Shown: positions 14,020 through 29,399, counted from the stretch's first letter. The stretch: DNA of 64,000 nucleotides from Eledone cirrhosa (GCA_964016885.1 OZ024749.1:36828001-36892000), one strand, 5' to 3'. Numbers and translations are program-made. The notes: generated by a model from the letters alone, not told the origin.

Positions 14020-14760
14020 ACTCTATAAACATTAAGTCTGCACAAGCGGTCAAATCGCATGTCAAGACTTTATAATGTTTATAAGACTTTATAAACATTG
14101 AGTACAAAACAGTACTATGACTGCATGAGATTAAATACTAAAGTCTTTACTCTAATACAGCAAACTTTATTAAGTCTTCACAAGTGGTCAAATCGTATGT
14201 CAAGACAATAATAGAGCAAAACAGTACTATGACTAGATGACATTAAATATTAAAGTCTTTACTCTAATGCAGCAAACTTTATTAAGTCTTCACAAGTGGT
14301 CAAATCGTACGTCAAGACTTTATAATAGAACAAAACACTGCTATGACTGGATGACATTAAATATTAAAGTCTTTACTCTAATACAGCAAACTTTATTAAG
14401 TGAAGGCGTGTGGCTGATTGGTTAGAGAACTGGATTCGCAATCGTGATGTGTCAGTTTGATTCCTGGACCGGGAGATGCGTTATGTCCTTGAGCAAGACA
14501 CTTTATTTCACGTTGCTCCTTCTACCTGTAGTTGCGACCGATAGATAGTATTAGCCATTGGAAAGACCAACGGAAACATTGTTTACTCGGTTTAATTTGA
14601 CGAAAGTCGATCGACTTTCTTAATAAGTCTTCACAAGTGGTCAAATCGTATGTCAAGACTTTATAATGTTTATAAGACTTTATAAACATTCAGTACAAAA
14701 CAATACTATGACTGCATGAGATTAAATATTAAAGTCTTTACTCTAATACAGCAAACTTTT
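14020..14760. repeat. Tandem minisatellite, ~113-135-bp units, interrupted by a SINE
   Basis: Unit ACTTTATTAAGTCTTCACAAGTGGTCAAATCG...GTCTTTACTCTAATACAGCAA, about four copies. Confidence 0.9.
14401..14620 (+). mobile_element. tRNA-derived SINE, same family as 4772
   Basis: Homologous to 4772-4992; approximate TSD TATTAAGT/TAATAAGT. Confidence 0.9.
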
Positions 14761-15144
14761 ACAATGATCAGGCTACTAGTAAAGATACTATAAACATTTG
14801 AATTAACAATTCTGATGTTAGATATGTTCTGGCAAGTCATTGCAGTATGTTAAGATGTTAAATAAGAAAGAGAGTGTACTGTATAACATGTATTCAGTAA
14901 TCTCTGCCTGATGCATTGACCAACTACAACATTTGAATCTCCCAGCCTCAACACCACCACACATACACATATATACACACATATACACACACATAAACAC
15001 ACATATACACACACATAAACACACATAAACACACATCAGACACACAAACATACACACTTATATATATACATCACACACACAGACACGCGCATTTATATAT
15101 ATATATATATATACATCATACACATACAATTTCTCTCCGCCTCC

Positions 15145-15236
<92 letters not shown>

Positions 15237-15243
15237 CACACAG

Positions 15244-15275
<32 letters not shown>

Positions 15276-15294
15276 CATATATATATACACACAG

Positions 15295-15372
<78 letters not shown>

Positions 15373-15630
15373 TATATACACACAGTATATATATATCTAT
15401 ATATATATATATATATCTATCTATCTATCTATCAATCTATCTATCTATATATATGTAGATAAATATAGATATATACACACACATATATATATATATAGAT
15501 AGATAGATATATATATATCTATCTCTCTCTCTCTATCTATATATATATATATATGTGTAGATATATATAGATATATACACACACATATATATATACATAT
15601 ATATATATATACCACACATACAATTCACCC

Positions 15631-15669
<39 letters not shown>

Positions 15670-15820
15670 GTAGGAGGTGAGTTTTATTGTAGTACAATAA
15701 AGCAATGCAGATATCGGATAAGAAGCACTCTACAGTTTGTAGGACTGGAGTATACATAATATAAGATCAAAAGATGGTTAAAGGAGTTCCATGTATTTTA
15801 TTATGCGCATTTCAAAAACA

Positions 15821-15883
15821 TTATCTGATGAAAACACAAATATTATTGCATGATGATGTTTGTTTTTGAAATGCGCATAATAA
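15821..15883 (+). ncRNA. Type I hammerhead ribozyme with palindromic stem III
   Basis: TTAT-CTGATGA-AAACACAAATATTATT gcat GATGATGTTTGTTTTT-GAA-ATGCGCAT-A-ATAA; inverted arms 15756-15820/15861-15925. Confidence 0.85.
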
Positions 15884-15917
15884 AATACATGGAACTCCTT
15901 TAACCATCTTTTGATCT

Positions 15918-15994
<77 letters not shown>

Positions 15995-16402
15995 AAGGGG
16001 TATTTAAAGTGATCCCAGAGAGGTGTTGTCTCACGTTTCTCTGTTACACACGTTCCACGTTTCTTACAGTTGGAAATAATCAATGGGGACGACTGGAACG
16101 GAATGGTGTGGGAAAGGGGAAAACAAAAGAGTAAATAGATAGAGATACAGAGAGAGAGAGGGAGTGGTAGGGATACGGAGAGAGAGAGGTAGAGATACAG
16201 GGAGAGAGAGAGGGAGAGAGATACAGAGAGTGATAGAGAGAGAGAGATAGAGAGATAGAGAGATAGAGGGAGAGGGAGAGATACCCACACACATATATAG
16301 ATTTAGATACAGGTATACATACAAATACACACACACACACACATATATATATACATACATATAAACACATATATAAACACACAAACACCTCTCTCTCTCT
16401 CT

Positions 16403-16449
<47 letters not shown>

Positions 16450-16560
16450 ATATAAAATATATAAAGAAAGAGAGATAGAAGGAGGGAGACTCGTGTGACG
16501 TTCCTGAAGTGCTTCAGATTAAGAGCAGCCATTAGAGTGAATATATATATAGTGAGAGCC

Positions 16561-16670
<110 letters not shown>

Positions 16671-16827
16671 AGAGAGAGATTATAAGGGTGTGGGACAGAA
16701 AAGAAGAAATGAGAAATAATGGGGTGAAAACGTGAGGGTAACGTATGTGTAAGGGTATATATATATAAATATACATACATACATATATATATATATGTAT
16801 ACATATATATATATATACATACATATA

Positions 16828-16865
<38 letters not shown>

Positions 16866-16924
16866 CATATATATATATATATATATACATACATATATAT
16901 TTATATGTATACACACACACACCA

Positions 16925-16961
<37 letters not shown>

Positions 16962-16996
16962 CATATATATTTATATGTATACACACACACATATAT

Positions 16997-17072
<76 letters not shown>

Positions 17073-17095
17073 ATACATACATATATATTTATATG

Positions 17096-17163
<68 letters not shown>

Positions 17164-17231
17164 CATATATATTTATATGCATACACACACACACACATAT
17201 ATATATATACACATACATATATATTTATATG

Positions 17232-17359
<128 letters not shown>

Positions 17360-17559
17360 GCGAGAAGAATGTAAACCTGCTATAAGTTGTAAAGCCATTC
17401 TGTTCAGGACGTAGTACCTTGATCTCCAGACTCAGCAGGTAATATACAAGACCACAGCAGAAACTACAAAAGACTACTGGCATAACTTTGCTTTTTCTCG
17501 CAGAACAAATTCTTTGGTATTTTTTCTGTTTATTTACAACTTCAAATCTATGTGTTGTG

Positions 17560-17681
<122 letters not shown>

Positions 17682-17725
17682 TGTGAGCGTTGTAGCAGGA
17701 AAACAAAAATAAGACGAAAGATGGT

Positions 17726-17768
<43 letters not shown>

Positions 17769-17929
17769 CATGTAATATATATATTTATATATACATATAC
17801 ATACATGTAATATATATATATATATAAATATATATGGGCATAGGCATATGTATGTATATATATATGTATACATGTGTACAGGTATATGTATACATTTATA
17901 TATATATTATATGTGCACAGGTATATGTA

Positions 17930-17960
<31 letters not shown>

Positions 17961-17986
17961 GTACACACATATATATATGTGAGTAC

Positions 17987-18026
<40 letters not shown>

Positions 18027-18075
18027 TATATATATACATACATATATATATATATATACATACATATATATATAT

Positions 18076-18128
<53 letters not shown>

Positions 18129-18776
18129 ATATATTTGCATATATTCATGGCCATGTTATTTACTTCAACCTGACTTTATTCCAGCTTGCATCAACCCCTT
18201 ACCTACCATCCAAACTCCACACCTCTCCAGAATCTCCTGTACCCCCGCCTACACCATCCTCTCTATCTTGGTTCTTCCAAAAGAGATTTACCGTTATTTT
18301 CTGTCATTCGTGCCGAATCATATGTAGGTTATATGACCTAGAAATTGTCCTGTGGCGATTTTAGGCATACACAAATGACTATGTATGTATGTATGTATGT
18401 ATGTATGTATGTATGTATGTATGTATGTATGTATGTATGTATGTATGTATGTATGTATGTGTGTGTGTATGTATGTATGTATGTATGTATGTATGTATGT
18501 ATGTATGTATGTATGTATGTATGTATGTATGTATGTATGTATGTATGTACGTACGTACGTACGTATGTATGTATGTATGTATGTATGTATGTATGTATGT
18601 ATGTGTGTGTTTCTGTGTGTGTATGTATGTCAATATACTCATGTATATATATATGTGTATGTACACACGCACACACATACATATATATATATATATATAA
18701 ACACATATATGCACATATGTACACACATATGTCTATCTCTCTCAAATATACATATACACACGAATATATATCTATA

Positions 18777-18836
<60 letters not shown>

Positions 18837-18891
18837 AACACATATACATACTTATATACATACATCTCTCTCTCGATATCTCTCTCAAATA

Positions 18892-18976
<85 letters not shown>

Positions 18977-19448
18977 GCATACATAAATAAAAATATTGAA
19001 GAAACTAACCAAAACACATCTTTCAATTTTTTTATTTTTTTACTTTCCCTTCCTTCTTATTTTCATTCATTTTCACGTATTTATTCATTCTTTCTTTCTT
19101 CCTCGCATCTTTCCTGCCGTCTATTTTCATTCCTTATATTTTCTCTTTCAATCTGTCCACACTATTCATTAATGAGGTTTTTTTTTAAAAATACTTTTCT
19201 TCTTTTTGTATCTTTTTCGTTTTTTTGTTCTTTTTATTTTAGTTATTTGTGATTTTCCATCTTTTTCCTTTATTTTCTTTCTTCTTTCTATAATTCTTTC
19301 TCTAATTCTTTCCTTTCATTCCTTACCAATTAATTTTTCTTCCTTGGATTTCATTTCCCGCTTGTTCCGAATAAAATGAAACCTCACACCTTTCTCCTCG
19401 TTGTGTGTGTATATATATATATATAGGTGTGTATATATATATATATAG

Positions 19449-19529
<81 letters not shown>

Positions 19530-19559
19530 CATATATATATATATATATACATACACGTT

Positions 19560-19612
<53 letters not shown>

Positions 19613-19666
19613 ATATATTTCGTTTCTGAATTCATTTAGCAAGATTCTTTATCAACACACGTTTTG

Positions 19667-19799
<133 letters not shown>

Positions 19800-19901
19800 T
19801 ATATATATATACATACATATATATAAGTATATATACACACCTATATATATTCGTATATACGTATATATACACACACCTATATACATATGTATATATACAC
19901 A

Positions 19902-19940
<39 letters not shown>

Positions 19941-19967
19941 CTATATATATATACACACATATATACC

Positions 19968-20012
<45 letters not shown>

Positions 20013-20097
20013 CTATATATACACCTATATATATATACACACATATATACCTGTGTATATATATATATATATATACACCGATATATATATACACATC

Positions 20098-20132
<35 letters not shown>

Positions 20133-20145
20133 CTATATCTATACA

Positions 20146-20248
<103 letters not shown>

Positions 20249-20364
20249 CCACACCTATACATTATTTCCCATCATCTGTATCATGATGTCTGCTGAGTGA
20301 AAGTAGTTCGTTGATAGTGATGACCGCGAAATAGAGTCTTTCCTCTCCGCCTGACTCTCCTAAC

Positions 20365-21135
20365 CGATATACACGACACCACCATACCACTACCTATCTC
20401 TATATACATGACATCACCATACCACTACCTATCTCTATATACATGACACCACCATACCACCACCTATCTCTATATACATGACACCACCATACCACCACCA
20501 TACCACTACCTATCTCTATATACACGACACCACCATACCACTACCTATCTCTATATACATGACATCACCATACCACTACCTATCTCTATATACACGACAC
20601 CACCATACCACTACCTATCACTATATACATGACACCACCATACCACCACCATACCACTACCTATCACTATATACATGACACCCCCATACCACCACCATAC
20701 CACTACCTATCACTATATACATGACACCACCATACCACCACCATACCACTACCTATCTCTATATACATGACATCACCATACCACCACCATACCACTACCT
20801 ATCACTATATACATACCACCACCATACCACCACCTATCTCTATATACATACCACCACCATACCACCACCATACCACTACCTATCACTATATACATGACAC
20901 CACCATACCACTACCTATCACTATATACATGACACCACCATACCACCACCATACCACTACCTATCACTATATACATACCACCACCATACCACCACCTATC
21001 TCTATATACATACCACCACCATACCACCACCATACCACTACCTATCACTATATACATGACACCACCATACCACCACCATACCACTACCTATCACTATATA
21101 CATGACACCACCATACCACCACCATACCACTACCA
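20365..21135. repeat. Minisatellite, ~36-47-bp units (CACCATACCACTACCTATCWCTATATACATGA)
   Basis: Seen directly. Confidence 0.95.
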
Positions 21136-21485
21136 ATGCTGCAGTCGTGATGGGTTCATTACAACACTTTACAGGGGTTTTCTCTTTTGGAATGTGTTGC
21201 CAATATTGCTTTTGCCAATAATCACTACCTACCTCACCTTGTTAGCTAGCTACCCACCCACCAACCCACCCACCAACCTACCTACCTACCCATCTACCCA
21301 CATACCTACCTCTCTTCATACCTACCTACCTCCCAACCAACCAACCAGCCTACCTCCCAACCAACCAACCTACCTACCTCATACCTACCTACCTACCTAC
21401 GAACCTACCTACATACATACCTTCCTACCCACATATGTACCTACCTACCTACATATCTACCTACCTACCTACCTACCTACCTACC

Positions 21486-21908
21486 TATGATGGTCGGCTG
21501 AAAGTTTTTTAGGCTGACTACGAAGGATTGATGCTAGAGCTGTGAAATCATGCATACATTTGTTTTAACTCAATATTGATTTCTTCATTAACCACAAAGG
21601 ATTAATAATTATTTCAAGTTTTGGCACAAGGCCAGCAATTATCAGTACATTACTGGTACTTTATTTTATCGACCCCCTAATGATGAAAGGCAAAGTTGAC
21701 CTCGACGGGATTTGAACTCAGACCGTAAAGGGACGTAACTATGCTGGAAAGCATGGCGCCCGACTCTCTACCGATACTGCCAATAATGATTACACTGTTT
21801 CTTTCCAAGAACTACGATAAAAAATAAACTTCATTTGGTCATTCCATGAGAGTTCCATGGTCAGCCTATGAACTTTTCAGCCGATGAACTTTTCAATCGG
21901 CCCTTGTA
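21486..21908. mobile_element. Mariner/Tc1-like MITE remnant interrupted by a SINE
   Basis: Left TA-TGATGGTCGGCTGAAAGTTTTTTAGGCTGAC and right GTCAGCCTATGAACTTTTCAGCCGA...GGCCCTTG-TA form imperfect TIRs. Confidence 0.7.
21612..21782 (-). mobile_element. SINE with Nin/Deu-like core
   Basis: rc contains CTGAGTTCAAATCCCG...CTTTGCCTTTCATC...GTCGATAAAATAAAGTACCAGT; approximate TSD AATAATTATT/AATAATGATT. Confidence 0.8.
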
Positions 21909-21930
21909 CCTACTATCTCTACTCCCTCCA

Positions 21931-22012
<82 letters not shown>

Positions 22013-22589
22013 CAGTGGTAGTTTTGGTTGTGATATTGTGGTGGTGGTGTCTGTAGAGTTGGTGGTGTTGGTGGTGAGGGTGAGGGTGTGATGATGGTAG
22101 TGGTGTTGGTGGTGGTATGGCAGTGGTGTTGAAGTGTTGTTGGTGGGGTTGATGATAGTGGCGATGAAGTGGTGGTGTTGGCGATGGTAGCGCTGTTGGA
22201 TTGGTGGTGGTATGGTAGCGGTGTTGGTGGTAGTATGGTGGTGGGGGTAGTATGGTGGTGTTGTTGGTGGTATGGTGGTGTTGGCGATGGTAGCTGTGTT
22301 GGTGGTGGTAGTATGGTGGTGTAGGTGGTGGTCGTATGGTGGTGTGGTTTGCTACTGTAAAAGTCTGGGAGGTAGTTGAGGAAGTCTGATGACATAAACA
22401 CTTGTGTTTGATATTGTCAACTGGACCGTAGACAGAGTGGTAGTGGGAGAGGGAGAGGGGGAGTGAGGAACTGTTTGTGGGAGGCAGGGGAGAGCAGAGA
22501 GAGAGAGAGAGAGATGGGGGTGGTGAGAGAGATGGGGGGAGGGGGGGGAGGGTGAGAGTTTATTGGAGGAAGACAAACAGAAACAGCAA

Positions 22590-23973
22590 GAACAATAACA
22601 ACCACTGTCATGGCAACAACAACAATGACAATAACATCAATAATAACCATTGCTAAAACGACAACAACAACAACAATATCAACAATAACAGACACTGCTA
22701 TAACAACAACAACAACAACAACAACGTTAACAATAAAAATCACTGCTATAATAATAACAACAATAACAACAACAACAACAATAATAACAACAACCACAGC
22801 TATAACAACAACAATAACATCAACAGCAATAATAACAACAACCACAGCTATAACAACAACAATAACAACAACAGCAATAATAACAACAACCACAGCTATA
22901 ACAACAACAATAACATCAACAGCAATAATAACAACAACCACAGCTATAACAACAAAAATAACAACAACAACAGCAATAATAACAACAACACCAGCTATAA
23001 CAACAACAATAACAACAACAACAGCAATAATAACAACTACCACAGCTATAACAACAACAATAACAACAACAACAGCAATAATAACAACTACCACAGCTAT
23101 AACAACAACAATAACAACAACAACAGCAATAACAACAACCACAGCTATAACAACAACAATAACAACAACAGCAATAATAACAACAACCACAGCTATAACA
23201 ACAATAACAACAACAACAACAGCAATAATAACAACAACCACAGCTATAACAACAATAACAACAACAACAACAACAACAGCAATAATAACAACAGCCACAT
23301 CTATAACAACAACAATAACAACAACAACAACAGCAATAACAACAACCACAGCTATAACAACAACAATAACAACAACAACAACAGCAATAATAACAACTAC
23401 CACAGCTATAACAACAACAATAACAACAACAACAGCAATAACAACAACCACAGCTATAACAACAACAATAACAACAACAGCAATAATAACAACAACCACA
23501 GCTATAACAACAATAACAACAACAACAACAGCAATAATAACAACAACCACAGCTATAACAACAATAACAACAACAACAACAGCAATAATAACAACAGCCA
23601 CATCTATAACAACAACAATAACAACAACAACAACAGCAATAACAACAACCACAGCTATAACAACAACAATAACAACAACAACAACAGCAATAATAACAAC
23701 AACCACAGCTATAACAACAACAATAACAACAACAGCAATAACAATAACAACCACAGCTATAACAACAACAATAACAACAACAACAACAGCAATAATAACA
23801 ACAACCACAGCTATAACAACAACAATAACAACAACAACAACAGCAATAATAACAACAACCACAGCTATAACAACAACAATAACAACAACAGCAATAACAA
23901 TAACAACCACAGCTATAACAACAACAATAACAACAACAATCAACGCTATAACAACAACAGCAACAACAACAAT

Positions 23974-24008
<35 letters not shown>

Positions 24009-24060
24009 TCAACAACAATAATAACAATACCATCAACAACAACAATAACAACAACATTAA
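22590..24060. repeat. AAC/AAT trinucleotide array with ~45-bp higher-order unit
   Basis: Recurring ACCACAGCTATAACAACAACAATAACAAC...AGCAATAATAACAAC. Confidence 0.95.
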
Positions 24061-24222
24061 TATTTTGAGGACATATTTCTATAACAAAGTAAAAAAACAG
24101 AAAACATTTAGAAGTAATTATTTTTGTTTCCATATTTTTTGTTTCGTCAGAAAAATATGAGACCACATGTATTGTTACTCTCATTCTTCGCCTGTCTATC
24201 TATCTATCTATCTATCTATCTA

Positions 24223-27200
24223 CGTGGTTGATAGACGTGCATTACTTCGCTCCGGATTTTTACGGATTATTGTTAAAAAAACTGTGAGTTCATTGTTCAA
24301 TTTGTTAGTATTGTTTAGTTTAACCCGTCGTCTGGGCTTTCACGTTGAGTTAAACTCATTTTCGCCCCTTTTTGGGGCGAAATTTTCATCTAAAAAATCT
24401 GTGTAGACTTGGTAGTCAATAATGGATGCCATTTCAACCTCGCACACTGTAGTGAGTGCCACGCCCACTAAGAAAAGTGGTGGAGGGAAGGTATGAGTAC
24501 AAAGCTTGCAGCCTTCTCCCCTCGCCTTATCGAAAAACGTAAATATTGCAACCACGGAACCAAACCCGGTAAATAATACCAGCACCAAGAACAATGACCT
24601 CTTAAATGACCTCAGGTCGCACAGAGTGGATGTAATGGCTATTTGCGAGTCCAGGATCAGCAGCGAGCGCCAACTTGCCCCCATCTTCGACGACTTTGAG
24701 ATCTACGCATCTCTCTGTCAGCCGGAGGTGGGGGTGGGGTTGTCGTTCTGCTGTGAAAACACCTGGATCTTGCCACACAGAAGGTACACCTGGCTGTTCG
24801 GATCACAAGTTGGTGACCGGAGTGGTCAACCTTGATAGAACCCATAGACAAGGACCCGGTTACTGGAAGCTAAACTTGTCCTTACTGACAAACAAAGCTT
24901 ACAGTAAGCGGATTAGCACTCTAGTTAAGCAGCGGTTGACGGGGGCAATTGTCAACAGCAGGTGGTGGGGCTCTCTCAAGAGAGAAATTAGAATAAAATC
25001 GATAGGTTTTAGTCAGGAATTAGCATCAGATAGGAATAGAACTGAAAGGGAATTGATAGAGTAGAAGAGGCGATTAGGAGTGGCAACGTGGCCGGCGTGC
25101 TGGCGTCAAGAACGGCCCTAGACCAGTTCTTTGACGCGAAGCACGAGGGCTGCGTTGTCAGGAGTAAAATACGTGCTCTGGATAACGAGGGAGCCAAAGC
25201 TGTTAGCTGGGCCCGAGTGACAGAGGCAAAAAGTGGAAACAAGTCCACGATTCGGTCTTTGAAGGACCAGGATGGACGCGTGATCCTTGAACCTGAGCGG
25301 ATGTGCACGGCCTTTCAACGGCGCTTTGCATGACTGTTCGGGAGGAGCGGCGGGCCGGGTGAGGCCATCGATTTCGGTCCATATCTCGACGGTCTGCCGC
25401 GGCTCTCGGACTGGGTGGCGAAGTCCTGCGAAAGGCCGATTTCAGCCGCTGAAATAGGGGAAGCGTTAAGCCAATGCGGCAAACGCAAATCTCCGGATCT
25501 CGATGGTCTACCATACGAACTTTATATAGCGATGCCGGACTTGTTCTCCGGTCTCCTCGAGGCGGTCTACTGCAACTGGCAACAGAACAGGAGAATTCCC
25601 AGTTCTGTGACCAAGGGCGTAGTCACGCTGGTGAGGAAGGACGAGAACAAGGGGGATGACATAGATAACTTCAGGCCCATAACTCTGCTAAACACAGAGT
25701 TAAAGATTTTGGCCAAGATGTTAGCGAAGAGGTTGGCGCTTGTCGCCGGGAACCTGGTGGGAGAAGCGCAGACATGCGCAATCCCGCCCAGGTCCATACA
25801 CGACAACCTCCACCTCATACGATACATCGTAAAGAGGGTAGGGAACAAACCCAGCTTTGGTGGGGCCCTGATTAACTTGGATCAATCTAAGGCGTTCGAT
25901 AAGGTCGACCATCAGTACCTGGATGTGGTGCTCGCGGCGGCAGGCTTCGGACCCGTTTTCAGGGGCTGGATTGCTGCAATGCACAGCAGCAACAACTGCT
26001 CGAGGGTCAAGGTGAACGGCTACCTCTCGGAGCCGTTCCAAATCACGCGATCCATCCGACAGGGATGCTCTCTCTCCTCCCTTCTGTACGTTCTGGCTCT
26101 CGAGCCACTACTGCGGGAGTTGGAGCTGTTGCAGGGCATCCCCTTGGAACCGGAATTGCGGAAAGCGGTGTCGGCCTACGCCGATGACGTGACAGTAATG
26201 GTGTCGTGCGCCTCGGAAATCAGGCAGATCGGCACCTTACTGGAGGAATACGAAAGGTTTACAGGAGCCAAGCTGAACCGGAACAAGTCCGTCGGTTTGC
26301 AACTCGGAACGTGGAGGGGCAAACCGATGCCCTCCGACGGCGTCGTCGGACGCTGGACGGAGGGACCGGTGAAGCTGTTCGGGGTCTGATTCGGACTGGA
26401 CCTCCAGGTGGAGAAAAAGCTGGGACGAGGTAACGGGAAGGGTGTTTGCACTCGCCCAGAAGTGGGCCGAGTGCAAACTATCCCTGAAAGGTCGAGCGGA
26501 GGTGGCGAACACTTATATAGCGTCCGTCATCTACTACCGCTTGACCGTCGTGCCTTGCCCAGCGAAAACGCTCGCTAAAATGGAGCGCGTGCTCTTCCGA
26601 TTCCTTTGGAAGAAGCGGGCTCCTTTGGTGAGAAGATCCATCTGCTGTCAACACCCTTCGATTGGAGGGCTGGGGAAGTCGTGGCTGACGATGCGTAGAC
26701 ACGCATTAACGCTACGGCATCTCCAGGTATTCCTCACCGGTCAGTCGTTGTGGGCCCCGTTTGTGAGGCGAGCCTTTCCGAGACTCGTCTCACTCACCGA
26801 GCTGCAATCCTGGGTCAAGCAAAGACCGAGAAAAGTGGGCGACTGGCACATTGAATGTGCCCAGGCGCTCACGGCCCTCTGGTAAACGGATCCGGCAATC
26901 AGTGGAGGCTCAACCTCAACATTCTATAGAGGGTTGGTGCGCAGCAAGTGCGACGACGCTCTCGGAGAGGCTCTGGGCATGGAGGAAGACGAGCTAGCCA
27001 GTCTGTTCGGTAGGACGTTTGGCCTGGGACCGATGGACAACTTCCAAAAGTCCCTGGCTTGGCAGTGCTATCAAGGAACTCTACCCGTTCGGGACAAGCT
27101 CTACAGACACGGGCGCCCGGGTAGGGACCCCTCGAAGAAGATCTGTCCGACATGCGTGCATGACGAGGAAACCGTCGCACATGCATTCGTACACTGCCCG

Positions 27201-27604
27201 GGCGTTGCTGACCTAGGGTTGAGGTCAGACACCTTTCTCTCCGGCCAACAACTGGTCCTTTTTTTTCAAGTACCACTTTAGAAGAAGGATCAGAATGGAG
27301 AGAGAGGTGCTCTACCCCAGCAAGTTTTATGAAAGGTGGGTGAAAGTGGGGTGAAAGTGGCGAGTGAATGGGCCTTCTCTCTATATCAGCCTGTAGGTGA
27401 GAGAGGAGAAGAAGGAGGAGAGGAAGGGAGCAACCGCTCTTTGTGCTCCTGAAGAGGAGGGTTGCACATTTTTTCGGGGGTTTGTTAAATTTGATTTATT
27501 ATATGTTTTTTTTTACACGTCTTTTGAAATGTATGTAAACCCCCCCCCCCCCCTTGTATTTGTTCCAATCTTTGATGCCCTGGTGGCAAATAAATAGAAA
27601 ATTA
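24223..27604 (+). mobile_element. L1/Tx1-clade non-LTR retrotransposon, internally deleted and pseudogenised
   Basis: APE remnants (DVMAICESRI, GCSDHKLV, GPGYWKLNLSLL); RT (KSPDLDGLPYELY, FRPITLLN, LDQSKAFDKVDH, RQGCSLS, AYADD); zinc knuckle CPTC...ETVAHAFVHC; AATAAA tail; (CTAT)n on both flanks. Confidence 0.93.
25415..26389 (+). pseudogene. Reverse transcriptase domain of the LINE ORF2 (longest open segment)
   Basis: 324-aa frame with RT motifs including YADD; flanked by stops and frameshifts. Confidence 0.9.
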
Positions 27605-27631
27605 TCTATCTATCTTTCTTTCTCTCGCACC

Positions 27632-27675
<44 letters not shown>

Positions 27676-27686
27676 TACATGTTAAA

Positions 27687-27778
27687 ACATATCTGAAGAG
27701 CTTCCGATTCCAGAGTCAGGTTCGATCATTAATAGACCGTTCCTCGAGCTGATCGAAAATGAAACATATGTAATATGT
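27687..27778 (+). ncRNA. Type I hammerhead motif with long irregular stem II
   Basis: ACATAT-CTGAAGA-(~60 nt; TTCCGATT...GATCGAAA)-GAA-ACATATGT-A-ATATGT; 6-bp stem I, palindromic stem III; cassette lies between two (TA)n. Confidence 0.75.
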
Positions 27779-27828
27779 AATTAAATATGTATATGATACA
27801 ACATTGATTCTTTGTTCTTTTATATATT

Positions 27829-27892
<64 letters not shown>

Positions 27893-27904
27893 GAAGGAAG
27901 TGTA

Positions 27905-28115
27905 TACCATTCACCCCTCTCCACGCCACTAATGTTGACCAAGGTAAAGGCAAAAACCGACACAATTTGGCACCATTGACGTCGCAACTCATTTCTACAG
28001 CTGAGTGAACTGGAGTAACGGGAAATAAAGTGTCTTGCTCAAGGACACAATCCATCGCTCGGTTCAGCGGGAATCGAACTTACAGCCTCACAATTCTGAT
28101 TCTAACTCTAACTCT
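27905..28115 (-). mobile_element. tRNA-derived SINE, degenerate head
   Basis: rc has GTTCGATTCC and TGTCCTTGAGCAAGACACTTTATTTC. Confidence 0.8.
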
Positions 28116-28173
28116 CTTCACACACACTTTCTCTCTAAAGATACATGTATATATATATATATGTCTGTGTGTG

Positions 28174-28236
<63 letters not shown>

Positions 28237-28342
28237 GAATATAAAAGAGAACTTACAGCCTCACAATTGTGAATCTAACTCTAACTCTCTTCACACACAC
28301 ACACACTTTCTCTCTAAAGATACATGTATATATATATATGTC

Positions 28343-28383
<41 letters not shown>

Positions 28384-28483
28384 GAATATAAAAGAGAACT
28401 TACAGCCTCACAATTGTGAATCTAACTCTAACTCTCTTCACACACACTTTCTCTCTAAAGATACATGTATATATATATATGTC

Positions 28484-28540
<57 letters not shown>

Positions 28541-28654
28541 GAATATAAAAGAGAACTTACAGCCTCACAATTGTGAATCTAACTCTAACTCTCTTCACAC
28601 ACACACACACTTTCTCTCTAAAGATACATGTATATATATATATGTCTGTGTGTG

Positions 28655-28725
<71 letters not shown>

Positions 28726-28825
28726 GAATATAAAAGAGAACTTACAGCCTCACAATTCTGATTCTAACTCTAACTCTCTTCACACACACTTTCTCTCTAA
28801 AGATACATGTATATATATATATGTC

Positions 28826-28876
<51 letters not shown>

Positions 28877-28998
28877 GAATATAAAAGAGAACTTACAGCC
28901 TCACAATTGTGAATCTAACTCTAACTCTCTTCACACACACACACACACACACACTTTCTCTCTAAAGATACATGTATATATATATATGTCTGTGTGTG

Positions 28999-29039
<41 letters not shown>

Positions 29040-29050
29040 GAATATAAAAG
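28076..29050. repeat. Tandem array of six ~150-185-bp units with internal microsatellites
   Basis: GAACTTACAGCCTCACAATT...CTCTAAAGATACATG...(TA)nATTGAATATAAAAGA repeated six times. Confidence 0.95.
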
Positions 29051-29317
29051 AGAGATAAACATAGATATATACATATATGTGTTCAAATCGTAAGGGACCA
29101 GATTCGCTAGGGTGAAAAAATTACTAACTATGAACAATAGGGTTTGCCAGACAAAATTTGTTTGTATTTCTTTTCTTGATTTATTCTTTTAAATTGAGTC
29201 TGGCAAACCCTATTGTTCATAGTTAGTATTTTTTTCACCCTGCCGAATCTGGTCCCTTACGATTTGAACACATATACGTATATATCTGTGTTTATCTCTC
29301 TTTTATATTCAATTATA
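29033..29317. repeat. Fold-back element, ~120-bp inverted arms
   Basis: ~29033-29152 is rc of ~29198-29317. Confidence 0.9.
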
Positions 29318-29399
29318 TTACACGACCCGGAAAAATCTCTTTCCTTGAGCTATTTAATTGTAAGAGACTATTTTAAGTTTTTATCTCAATATATACCTT

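Noticed and set aside
22417-24184. Mucin-like Thr-rich, Cys-rich or Val/Ile-rich ORFs of 420-550 aa
   Set aside because: Several frames on both strands are open because of the AAC/AAT repeat; no signal peptide or unique domain.
28076-29050. CRISPR-like repeat/spacer appearance (also 14020-14760 and 37112-37663)
   Set aside because: Eukaryotic context, no unique spacers, no cas genes; these are tandem repeats.
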